Below are positions 12,067-22,983 of a stretch of 64,000 bases of DNA, piece after piece; positions within the stretch are counted from its first letter, which is position 1, and every line of letters begins with the position of its first letter. The notes beneath the pieces are model-generated. The model was given only the letters and a program-made list of their open reading frames with translations. It was not told the DNA's origin and made no database searches. The translations under genes were made by a program, and so were the position numbers. This DNA comes from Eledone cirrhosa (Eukaryota), in NCBI GenBank assembly GCA_964016885.1, contig OZ024742.1, positions 174,220,001 through 174,284,000 of the forward strand. The letters are read 5' to 3'.

Positions 12067-13839
12067 TATTAGACTATATTATGTAGTCCATGTTCACAGC
12101 ACAGCTGATAAGGGATGAGATGCAGTTTGGAATAGTGCCAGGTGAAAGTAACTCAGATGCGCTCTACCATGTGAGGCAACCACAGGAGAAGTACCAAGCC
12201 ATATATAGAGGAACAGTTTGCAAAGTTAGAATTAACTATGAATATAGCAAATAATTTAAATTGCAGGTTGGTGCCCATCAGTGTCAAGTTCTTATCTCTC
12301 TCGTGTTTATTATCTATTGGTCCCGACTCTGGAATCAAAAGCTCATCAGATGATAACAGAAGTCCAATGAGCTTTTGATTCCAGAGTCAGGCCTGATCAA
12401 TACAGATCGAACCTTGAGCTGATCAATTGCATAATGAAAATTAAACACCTCATCCATATTATTATTGTTATTACACTCTGCTTAGTACAAAACCAAAATA
12501 CTTACTGTAGACTACACATCGAGTGCTCACTTTGGTGAACCTACAGTAACTTGATGTTATAATCTCTAAACTATATATACTTATATATGCATATATTTTG
12601 GTTTAAACATGAAGAAAGGTGTTCAAACCAATATCAAGACTTTTATAATCATATTATATTAGATCACTTTCTGTTTTGCAGAAAATGATCAGCAGTAAAT
12701 CTGTGAAACTCATAATAGGAAGAGAAAATAATCTCAGTAATGTAATGTAGAGTGAGTTAATTATGTGTGTGTGTATTGGTGTGTGCATGCGTTCACATTT
12801 TGCTGTATGATTGTTTTTACAAATGGGGAAATAAGTACTCAATACATAAATTACAGTTTGAATGCTTCTTGAAGCATAACATTTTACATTTAAGATTGTT
12901 TAACCAAGCAGTATAACTGGCAATATATAAATACATTCAAAACCACTAATCATAGTAGCCTACTTATGCATCACAACTAGTACTGGATGTAGCATGTAAT
13001 GAAAGGGTTAAAACAAACTGTTAACACAAATATTTTAGTTCTACCACATTTATGCATTACAACAGCCAGCAGCTGTGACTTAAGACTATTGTTGAAAGCA
13101 ATGTTAGAAACTATAACTACAAACCTCTATCCATTTCTTCATTTTATTAAAGTGCTTCACTACAAGATATAGATTCTTTATCCAATGAATATCAGCTGCA
13201 GATGAAAACATAACTATTATTCTTCAAAAATCTGATCGTGCATGCAATTTTACAAAAAATATATGAAAAAGAAAAAGGAAAAAAAAAGGCAGATTTAATG
13301 CCATATTTAATGACTTAAAAAGTGTACAAACATTTCTCCTGGTAAATTCTAGCCTCCTTCTGATAATAATGAAAACATGTTTAATTAATTCTCTCTTCAT
13401 AGTTGACTGGCTTCTCTAAAGTTTGAAAGTAGGACCAACAATTTCTCATATAATAATACTTTAATTTTCATTTTATTTGGATTACATGTAAATATACATA
13501 TATATAAAAATATATGTGTATGTGTATGTATATACATTTTTTATACATTCCACTACATTCATTTCATTTTTTAACAATAGCAATTCAATAACATTTGTTA
13601 ACTTAAGAGATAATGGAGATGAGAACAACAACAACAGCAACAATTTTACCATAAAGACAAATACACATAAGAATAGATACTGATGAATATATAAAATATA
13701 TAAAATTCTGATATATAAATTATACAGTATGTAATACAAAAAAATACTATGTAAAATATATAGTATAAAATATAAGAGTGATGAGTAAATTATATGATGC
13801 TTGTGTTCAATTTCTGCTGCTGTATGGCAGTGAGACAAG

Positions 13840-14640
13840 TGATTTAGAACAAACTTTTGAGGGTTGGAAAGGAATGGAGGATGTGTAATGTTTGTGTGGG
13901 AATCAGTTGTAGTGTGACAAAGAGATGATTCCAATGGCATGGACATGGCATGGACATGTGATGCATAAGGAGAATGAGAGAAGTATAAAAATGTGATGAG
14001 AATTTGAAGTAGATGGACATTTTGGAAGAATGAGACCAAAGAAGGCATAGGATAAACAAGTGCTGTATAAAAACGTGCCAAGCACTTGAAGTAGATGGAA
14101 CTTTTGGAAGAAAGAGACCAAAGGAGATATGGAATGAAGTCATGAAGAATGACTTCATGAATCTGAACCTCTTGAAGATGACACAGGATCAACTTGCTGT
14201 ACTTGATGAGACTTAGTCTCCAGTACAAACTCTGAGATGTTAATAAATGTGAGGCGAGATCCTTTTAGCCTGCAGTAGAGGTGGAAACCCTTCTAGTATT
14301 GGTATCATGATAGAATACACTTTTATTTCCCTTTATATCTCTTACTCAGTCTGAAGTGTTTGACAAGCTGAGACAATAATGGTGTCAAGGACATCTTTTG
14401 GTCATATCAAGTTCATGATAACAGCTGCTCTCAGAATGAAATGCCCCCAGTCAACTCTGTAAAATTAAAGTGTTGATAATACAATACCATGCACCCTGTA
14501 CACTCTGTAACATAAAAAGGCATCCAGCCATAGAACCTATGCCAAATTAAAAAAAGTAGAAGTATGATGTAGTTCTCTGACCAGTCCTCAGGCTCTTCCA
14601 GCCTATGCCAACATATAAAATGGATGTATGATGATGATAT
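13840..14640 (+). mobile_element. Degenerate RTE 3' region with internal duplication
   Basis: WHGHVM and GRxRPK-like segments, the latter duplicated (TTGAAGTAGATGGA x2); tail GGCATCCAGCC..GGATGTATGATGATGAT. Confidence 0.65.
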
Positions 14641-14646
14641 AATATA

Positions 14647-14830
14647 ATTGTTTCTACTTTTGGCACAAGGCCAGCAATTATCCAGTGCATTACTGGTAAT
14701 TCCTTTTATCGACCTAGTAAGGATGAAAGACAAACTTAACCTCGGCAGGATTTGAACTCAAGCCGTAAAGAGCCGTAACTCTATGGTGCAAAGCATGGTG
14801 TCCAACCCTCTACTGATACTGCCAATCCAA
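14647..14830 (-). mobile_element. Meta-like tRNA SINE
   Basis: Reverse complement matches the 11882 copy. Confidence 0.8.
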
Positions 14831-15039
14831 AATATAATATTAATAAGATACAAAAGCAAAATCAATTAAAGTAATAAAAGTATTTTTCTTTCAAAAGTAT
14901 TCATGGAAAGAGATTTAAAGGAAAATAAAATGAAGAGGAAAAAATGATGTGAAATGAATGTTATGATATAATATGTCTTTTATATCCAAACTGTTGTACC
15001 TGTAGTTTAAAATGTCTGCCACAGGTCTGTGTGAGAAAG

Positions 15040-15360
15040 AGAAAGAGGTCAATTTTGCCTTTCATCTTTCTGACATTAATAAAATAAAGTACCGGTCATA
15101 TACTGAGGACAATAAAATTGACTTATCACTTCTCCCAAATAGCAGGTCTTACACATAAATTAGAAACCATTGGCGGTGGATTGGTAGTATCGGTAGAGAG
15201 TGGGACACCATGCTTTGAAGCATAGAATTACGGCCCTTTATGATCTGATTTAAAATCCCGCCGAGGTTAACTTTGCCTTTCATCCTTACGGGGTCGATAA
15301 AATAAAGTACCAGTAATGCACTGGGTAATTGCTGGCCTTGTGCAAAAAATAGAAACAATT
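15040..15360 (+). mobile_element. Two head-to-tail Meta-like SINEs (old partial 15040-15170, young full 15172-15360)
   Basis: Same body motif twice; A and B boxes in the second copy. Confidence 0.8.
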
Positions 15361-15785
15361 ATATAGACCAATTCCATGGTGAGATGGACAATAGTAAGAG
15401 TATTGAGAGCAATGGTAGTGGGAGGACTTGGAAGTAAATAACTTTGTCATTATAGAGAGAGGGGTGACAGAGTGTGAGGGTGAGGAGTAGTAGGAGAAAT
15501 GGTAGTAGCAGAAGTTAGGAATAAAGAACTTTGAGAGAGATGTGACAGAGAATGAGGAGTAGTAGAAGTAGTGTACCAAATAGTAGTAAGGGGAATTAGA
15601 ATTTGATGAAATAGTAGTAGTATGAGGAGCCGTAGAACTGACCCTACAGGGCAATGTCTCCTCTATTCTGCTGGCCAGGCCCACATGGCAGACTGACCTT
15701 AACTTTCAATTATGGTGGTGGCATGTGGATTGGATTTACTTCCATAAGCATACATACCTACATACACACACGAATAAACACTTAG

Positions 15786-15837
15786 ATGGTGGTGGTGGTG
15801 GCAGCATCAGCAACAGCAGCAGCAGCAGCAGAGCAGC

Positions 15838-15872
<35 letters not shown>

Positions 15873-15920
15873 CAGTAGAAGTAGCAGCAGCAGCAGAGGC
15901 TGCAGAAACAGCAGCAATAG
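15786..15920. repeat. Compound trinucleotide microsatellite (GGT/GCA/GTA)
   Basis: Directly visible. Confidence 0.9.
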
Positions 15921-16146
15921 TACAGATTCAATTGTAGACTCCCAACTCTGCAGATGTCTTTTTTTCTCCAATTCTTACAATTTATTTTATCAAAATTGTT
16001 ATATTTATTTCTTAGAATTCAATTTCAATTGAATGAAAATAAATTTTCAAAATTGTATTTTCTCTTCCAGAAAATAAACCTGGTGTCAATATTGTACTTT
16101 ATAATTAAATCTTACTTATTCACTCTCAAATGTATATTCTCTGCCC

Positions 16147-16292
<146 letters not shown>

Positions 16293-16339
16293 TTCATGCT
16301 TATTCTCATAATTGTATTTCCTATTCCAGAAAATACCAT

Positions 16340-16760
16340 GCATGGCCAAGTGGCTAAGAATTTCCCTTTGCAATCATGACATACTGAGTTCAATCCCACT
16401 GTGTGACATCTTGGCTAACTGTCTTTTAATACAGTCTTGGATCGGCTCAAACTTTTTTGATGAAACTGAGTGGACAGAAACTATGTGAAAGACCAAGGAA
16501 AGATTGTATCTATAATTCCAAGTTCAGCCTTGTCATATAATTTGTTATATTGATTCAATAAACATTACATGAAGGTGGGTGGCATGGTGTTTAAGTTCTT
16601 CAGCTCATGATTATGAGGTCATGAGATTGATTGCTGATGACACATTATTTACTTGAGCAAGACACTCTTTTTCCTATTGCTTCAGTCTACTCAGCTGGCA
16701 AAAGTGAGTTGTACCTGTAATCCAGAAGGTCAGCCTTGTCACATATTGAGTTATATTAAT
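16340..16760 (+). mobile_element. Two old tRNA/CORE-like SINE copies
   Basis: CATGGCCAAGTGGCTAAG..GAGTTCAATCCC; CTTGAGCAAGACAC..CAGTCTACTCAGCTG. Confidence 0.55.
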
Positions 16761-16884
16761 CAATACACTCACTAAAGTGGTTGGTGATTGGAAAGTTATC
16801 CATCAATAAAAACTATGTCAAAATAGAACTTATCTGCAAGAACAGTATCAATTAAGTATTGACATAGCCCAAGCATATGTAATA

Positions 16885-17340
16885 ACTATGATGACTTTAG
16901 CTGTATATTATTGATATGTAGAGATGGTATTGTAATCTTGGTGGGTTTAGTTGTTCACATGTAGGGAAGGTGTTTGGATGTTGGTTACTTTAGTTGTTTA
17001 CATGATGGGAGAGTGTTGTGATCTTAATGACTTTATTTGCTTATTTGTAGGGAGATTGTAGTGACTGTAGGGAATGTTCAGTGGCATCGATGGTGGCATT
17101 AGTTTTATGTTATTAATATGTAGAGATAGTGTAGTGAGCTTGGTGGCTTTAGTAGTTGATATGTAGGTAATGTGCAGTGACCTTGATGGTGACATTAATT
17201 GGATGTTGTTGATATATAGATAAGATGGAGTGACTTTGTTCATGATTTTAGCTGTATGTTGTTGATATGTAGGCAGAGTGTAGTAGAAGATCATATCATT
17301 GAAATATGTAGCATGTATGTCTTTAACCTGTTCAAAGGGA
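16885..17340. repeat. Diverged tandem repeat with recurring GTTGATATGTAG
   Basis: TTTAGCTGTATxTTxTTGATATGTAG and GATGGTGxCATTAxTT recur several times. Confidence 0.6.
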
Positions 17341-17594
17341 TGACATTGTGTTATCACTATTGATGGAAGGTTTTGAGGTTTCTGTTAAAAGAAACAGTAC
17401 AGTTTTTTTTATGTAAAGCATCAAGCTTGCATATGGAGAACATCTGTGTGCAGTTGAATACTAAAAGGAAAACCGATGGAAGTATGATCAATATAGGGAC
17501 ATGTTTTATTAGACATGACATTGAGTGGGTGGCTAATGTACAGATGGAAAAGTGAAGGAGACATAGATAAATGTTAGGGTATACCATAGTTTGA

Positions 17595-17801
17595 GCGAGG
17601 AAGGGAGAGAGAGAGTGATATAGGGTGAGAAAGAGGGAGAAGGGGAGAAAGACGGACAGGAGAGATAATAAGAGTGAGAATGAGGGAGAGGGGAGGGAGA
17701 AGTTGTGAGAGAGGGAGAAAGGAAGAGAGAGAAGAGAGAGAATAAAAAAGAGAGATAGAGAGAGAGATATATATATAGATAGATAGAGAGAGAGAGAGAG
17801 T

Positions 17802-17887
<86 letters not shown>

Positions 17888-17900
17888 GTGTGTGAGAGAG
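17595..17900. repeat. GA-rich tract and (GA)n microsatellite
   Basis: Directly visible. Confidence 0.95.
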
Positions 17901-18809
17901 ACTGCCAGATCACAGTGTGATGGAGTAGTTACAGAGGAAACTTGTCAGTAAGTAATAAAACATTGAATATTATATTATCACAACAGGAAATATTTTATTT
18001 TATTTCAAGGAAATATTTTTTAGTTATATTTTCCTTAATTTTTCCCCCTGTTTCTTGATTTCTCTTGTCTATTTGGTCAAGCATGGTCAACAGTCATTGA
18101 GGAAAATCTGTCAAAGAGGATATTTAACTTTTTTTTTAAAGAAAACATTCAAGATGTTTTGTGAATTCTAGCGTTATTCATTGAACTGTTGTAGAAATGT
18201 CACTGCAGTGGTGAAAGAAGCAGGATTTTGGTAGAAATTCTTTGAAGATATCAACAGTGTCTCTAACTTTAGAAAATCATTCAACCTATACAAACACTAA
18301 CAAACCGATCGTAATAAAACTTTTTATTTCAAACGATGCCAAGAAAGCATTGAAATAAGTAAGAAAACTCGTTAACTGTGTATTTTACTGCTTCACAGAA
18401 TCTTTAATCATCAGATGTCTACTGCCTCCCATATGTTAATATTGTTCATTCCTTCATATCATGCTTCAAAATATCTCTTCTATGTACTTTTACAACTTAT
18501 GTTCTAAAGAAGAAAAATAAGATTTTCAGTAATAAAACCTGCTATTAATGATTCATGCATGTTCTAGTAGTCATAATCTTGATATAAATGTGTATAGTAC
18601 ATAAATTGAAAGATAGATAAAGAGAGTCACCCCAACTCCAAGTCAAGTTACCATAAAAGGACAAAACAGGAGTGGTGATACTAAATACTAGACACACTCT
18701 ATGAATACATTATTTTCTTCTCTCCCTCTCACTCACACTCACACTCTCTCTTTGGAAAAAAGAATGCACTAAAACTCTCATAGTCCCTTCCTTCAGGTGA
18801 AACTTGAAA

Positions 18810-19285
18810 ATTGAAGCACATCAAAGGTCAATCACAAACAGATAGACATCATGACAGACTTTGACTATTGGGGTTGACTAGAAAAGCTCAAACTCTATTC
18901 TCTCCAATGCCATCAGCATTGCCCTAATGATTTTGGCATCATATTTAAAGTACAATAATGGCTTGGGCCCCATGCTATCCACCTACAACAAAACTCAAAC
19001 TTGCATCTCATAACATTTTGGCACAATTATTTCATCTCCACTGCTTTTAACATTACACTAAAACACATTAAAATAGAAACAGATCCCATAAAATTCAAAA
19101 AGTCTTTGGACAAGTTCCTCCAAGAGATCTCGGATAAAGCTCCTACACCTGGATATCTCTCTGTAAACAATAACTCTCTACTTGAGTGGCCCATGGTGAC
19201 CAAAGCCTGATTCTAAAGACGTTGCCAGGTGGTGTTATTGAGTTAGACATGTCCTGGGTCAATATAAGCTAAAACCTATCAAAGT
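18810..19285 (+). mobile_element. CR1/L2-group LINE 3' fragment
   Basis: DFDYWGxLEKLKLYSLQ motif and ORF 19001..19210 FKKSLDKFLQEISDKAPTPGY..NNSLLEW. Confidence 0.7.
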
Positions 19286-19307
19286 TATATATACATAATA
19301 TAAAAAT

Positions 19308-19358
19308 GGCTTCTACAGGACTAGAACTGTTTCATGCGGGAGAAATCATCAGGAAGCC
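19308..19358 (-). ncRNA. Type-I hammerhead ribozyme inside a 120-bp palindrome (19296-19415)
   Basis: Minus strand GGCTTC-CTGATGA-tttctcccgcat-GAA-ACAG ttctagtc CTGT-A-GAAGCC: perfect 6-bp stem I, 4-bp stem III, GUA site; stem II weak. Confidence 0.65.
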
Positions 19359-19722
19359 CTGATGATTTCTCCCGAATGAAACAGTTCTAGTCCTGTAGAA
19401 CCCATTTCTATATTAAATATTTATACTCTGCTATGTATTGAGTACCTTACTTACTGTGGTTACCCTCGATTGAACCCAGAATAAAGTTATATATATATAT
19501 ATGTTTCTCAAGTTGAGAAATGGACTTACTATGATATGACAAGAGGATTTATAGCTTAATCTGTTTGTAAAATCAGCAATTAAAAAGACCATATATACCT
19601 GAGTTTTATTCAATACGGTAAAGTCCAGTAAATTGAATGAAAGTAACTTCACAGAGTATTAGTACTTTAATATAATATTGAGCCAAAGATATATATATAG
19701 AGAGACAGAGAGAGAGAGAGGG

Positions 19723-19978
19723 AGAGAAAAGATGAAGTTGGAAATAGCACGGGAGATATATTTAAGGGTCTGTTTTTCTTTTTTAATTCGTCAAAGTGAC
19801 ATTATTGAAAAGATGGGGTTATTAAAAAGATAATGTTATTAAAAATATAACATTATCTTTTCAATAATGTTACTTTGATGAATCAAAAAGAAAAACAGAC
19901 CCTTAAATATATCTCCCGTGCTATTTCCAACTTCATCTTTTCTCTATATCCACTGTTTTGTATAGAACCTTACTTCCC

Positions 19979-19983
<5 letters not shown>
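19723..19983. mobile_element. Short fold-back of the same Penelope-like terminus as 3527-5180
   Basis: 19723-19814 is inverted at ~19853-19945; the right arm ends GTATAGAACCTTACTTCCCTTTT then (TA)n, as at 5157-5180. Confidence 0.8.
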
Positions 19984-20021
<38 letters not shown>

Positions 20022-20153
20022 GTGAGGTTTTTTTTACAAAATGAAAAATAACCGAGGTGTCCTACACGAGTGAAAGTATAAAGAAAAAAAGATGAAATCG
20101 AAAATGCAACTGGAGTCTTATTTTTTTAAAAAATATATATATTTATTTGGTTC

Positions 20154-20189
20154 CTTTACCGGTTTCGCAGTTCTTCTGCTTTTCAAAAG
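20154..20189 (-). ncRNA. Minimal hammerhead ribozyme, U3-A8 core variant
   Basis: CTT-TTGAAAA-GCAG aagaa CTGC-GAA-ACCGGT-A-AAG: 4-bp stem II, palindromic stem III, GUA site; inside a ~215-bp insert between (TA)n tracts. Confidence 0.65.
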
Positions 20190-20225
20190 TAGAGTTGAGA
20201 TGGAGGGTCTGTGGTTTTTCTCACA

Positions 20226-20266
<41 letters not shown>

Positions 20267-20743
20267 AATTTATTTATATTTCTTCTACATCAATAACACT
20301 GGTCAACAACCAAAATGCCTCCAAGACCAGAGTCGCAATTTCAAACTAATTTTAGGTCACTGATGATGAATATCATGTTTAAAACTGTTTGTTAGCTCTA
20401 CAATTAAACATACACATACTTGTCATAGCAGGTTCCAAACATGCTTGCAGCAGTGTGTTTCTTACCACATTCACAGTCCCACTGCCCTTCAGTATTGTTC
20501 CAGCAGTCTTCGGAGGTAGTTGTGATGTGTAATTTATATATTGAGGTGAAAGGTAGGTGATTTTCTTAGTCAAACACTTTTTAAACATAATAAATATTCA
20601 TTGAGCAAGCTATTGATATGCATGTGAGGCATTTTATATTAATTTTATTTTCCTACGGAATGATATGAATACTTCTGCTAATGATGAATTTATGAATTAA
20701 TTATCTGTTTATCTCATAATTGTTTGTTGTTTTCTTCTTACAG

Positions 20744-22585
20744 ATGCCTTACACTTGTGTGAATAAGGCAGGCAACTTCTTTTTCATTTGTGGTGAGGTG
20801 AACTTTGCATCACAGAATCACTATATAACTGCTATGGTTAGAAAGGCATATCACATATATTGTGGATGTTAGATTGGTGACGAGGATTAGAAGTGGGCTC
20901 CTCATATATGCATCAACACATGTGCCACTAACCTCTGCCAATGGAATAAGAAAGGAATACCTTTTGCTGTACCAATGTTGTCATGGAAGCCAACAGACCA
21001 TACCAACAATTGTTATATCTGCATGGTACCTCCAGTAAAAAAAGGACTTGTCAAAGAAGAAAAAGGAGTCCATTGAATATCCAAATATTCCATTAGCTAT
21101 TCACCCAGTTCCTATTCCATTAGCTATTCCATTAGCTATTCACCCAGCTATTCCATTAGCTATTCCATTAGCTATTTACCCAGCTATTCCATTAGCTATT
21201 CACCCAGTTCCTATTCCATTAGCTATTCCATTAGCTATTCACCCAGCTATTCCATTAGCTATTCACCCAGTTCCACCTTGAGAAGGACTACCTGTTCCTG
21301 ATGCACTAACTTTGGTATCTTGAGTCAGATGAAGAAAGTGATGAGAAGGAAGCAGAGAAGGATGACAGTGCTGGATTACAGAGTAACCCAAATTTTGATG
21401 AAGGACACTCCTTTAGTCCTTTAGACCACATCTCATAACACAAGAGGAACTCCATGACCTTGTTAGGGATCTATAACTACCTAAGAATAAGGCAGAGTTG
21501 CTAGGCTCTCGTCTTCAACAGTGGAATCTCCTAGCAACTGATGTGAAGATTTTAAAAGTGTATGACCATCAGCAGCAGTTCAGCAATTTCTTCATAATAG
21601 AAGGTGATTTATTGGCCTGCAACAATATTAATGGCCTGATGGAAGCATATCATATTTAATATGAACCCAGTCACTGGAGGCTGTTCATAGATTCATCAAA
21701 AGCTAGTCTGAAAGGTGTCTTGCTACATAATGACAATAGTGAACCATCAGTTTCTGTGGGCTATGCATCACACATGAAAGAAACTTATGAAAATATAAAG
21801 TATATTTTGCAATGCATAAAATATGATGAACATCAATGGCAGGTTTGTGATGACTTAAAGGTTGTTGCTCTTGTGATGAGCTTTCAAGGCAGATACATCA
21901 TGTACTGCTGCTTTGTATGTGAATGGAACAGCCGTACAAGAGGTTCTCACTATATCAGGAGAGACTAGTCAGCTGGGATGAAAAGTGTTCAACATCCACC
22001 TCTCACCGAACCAAACAATATTTTGCTACCACCACGAGACATAAAACTGGGGCTCATGAAAAACTTTGTAGAAGCTATGGACAAATCCAGGCAGGGTTTT
22101 AAAATTTTAACATCCAAATTTCGCTCACTGAGCAATGCTCAGATAAAAGAAGGTGTCTTCATTGGTCTTCAGATTTGAGAGCTTCTTAAAGATGGTAACT
22201 TTGAATCAGCCTTTCTTGGGAGGAAAAAGCTGCTTGGGAACCATTCAATCAAATTAGTGGCGAAAGGATTTTTTGGAAACAGAAAGGAAGGAAAGTATGA
22301 AGAATTGGTGGAAAACTTCATCAAAGCTTACAAGAACATGGGATGTAACATGTCACTTAAAATCAACTTTTTGGACTCACATTTAGACATTTTACAGCGA
22401 ACTGTGGGACTGTTCGTGACAAACATGGAAAAAGGTTTTACCAAGATATTCCAACCATGGAAAAGCAGTACCAGATCAAATGGAGTACAACTTTGCTTGC
22501 AGATTATTGATGGACATTGGCAAGAGATGATTCTTCAACCCACTATAAGCATCAAGCAAAAAGGGTGAGAGTAGATATGGACTAG
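20744..22585 (+). pseudogene. Chapaev3 transposase, frameshifted and stop-interrupted
   Basis: MPYTCVNKAGNFFFICGEV..GDED.KWAPHIC; LHND..HMKETYEN..WQVCDDLKVVAL..YCCFVCEWNSR; PPRDIKLGLMKNFV; MGCNMSLKINFLDSHLD. ATG follows a polypyrimidine tract + CAG acceptor. Confidence 0.85.
21087..21275 (+). repeat. Minisatellite of 12/15-bp units (ATTCCATTAGCT / ATTCACCCAGCT) inside the transposase
   Basis: Directly visible; translates as (IPLA/IHPA/IHPVP)n. Confidence 0.95.
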
Positions 22586-22983
22586 AGCTTAAAACATAAT
22601 GACACATATTGTACGTTATAATAAATCAATCAAATATTACATGTCTTGTATTTTTAAGCTTATAGCTAATAAACATTGTGCTTGAACATCCGATATCTAC
22701 AATAGAGGGTGGATTAAATAATACAAATATATTATAACAACAAGGATATGGTCCGAACATGGAAGAACCGAACTCTCACTGTCATCACCTCCATCTCTCT
22801 CACCCTCCCCATCTCTCTGTATGGTGAGCAAATGGGGTCCTACATGCTGGTATCCCCACAGCCCCAGCGGACAGAATAGAGAAGGTGTTTCCCCGGAGGA
22901 TGGTAAGGGAGATGCGCTGGAAAAGCCATTCAATCTCACAAATAAATATTTATCAAGGTGATATTTGAATCCAGAACAAGAAT

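Noticed and set aside
17900-18290. Splice-like signals (GTAAGT at ~17948; minus-strand acceptor at ~18285 with a 36-codon frame)
   Set aside because: No recognisable homology or paired sites; expected by chance
21087-21275. CRISPR-like array
   Set aside because: No unique spacers; eukaryotic context; simple minisatellite
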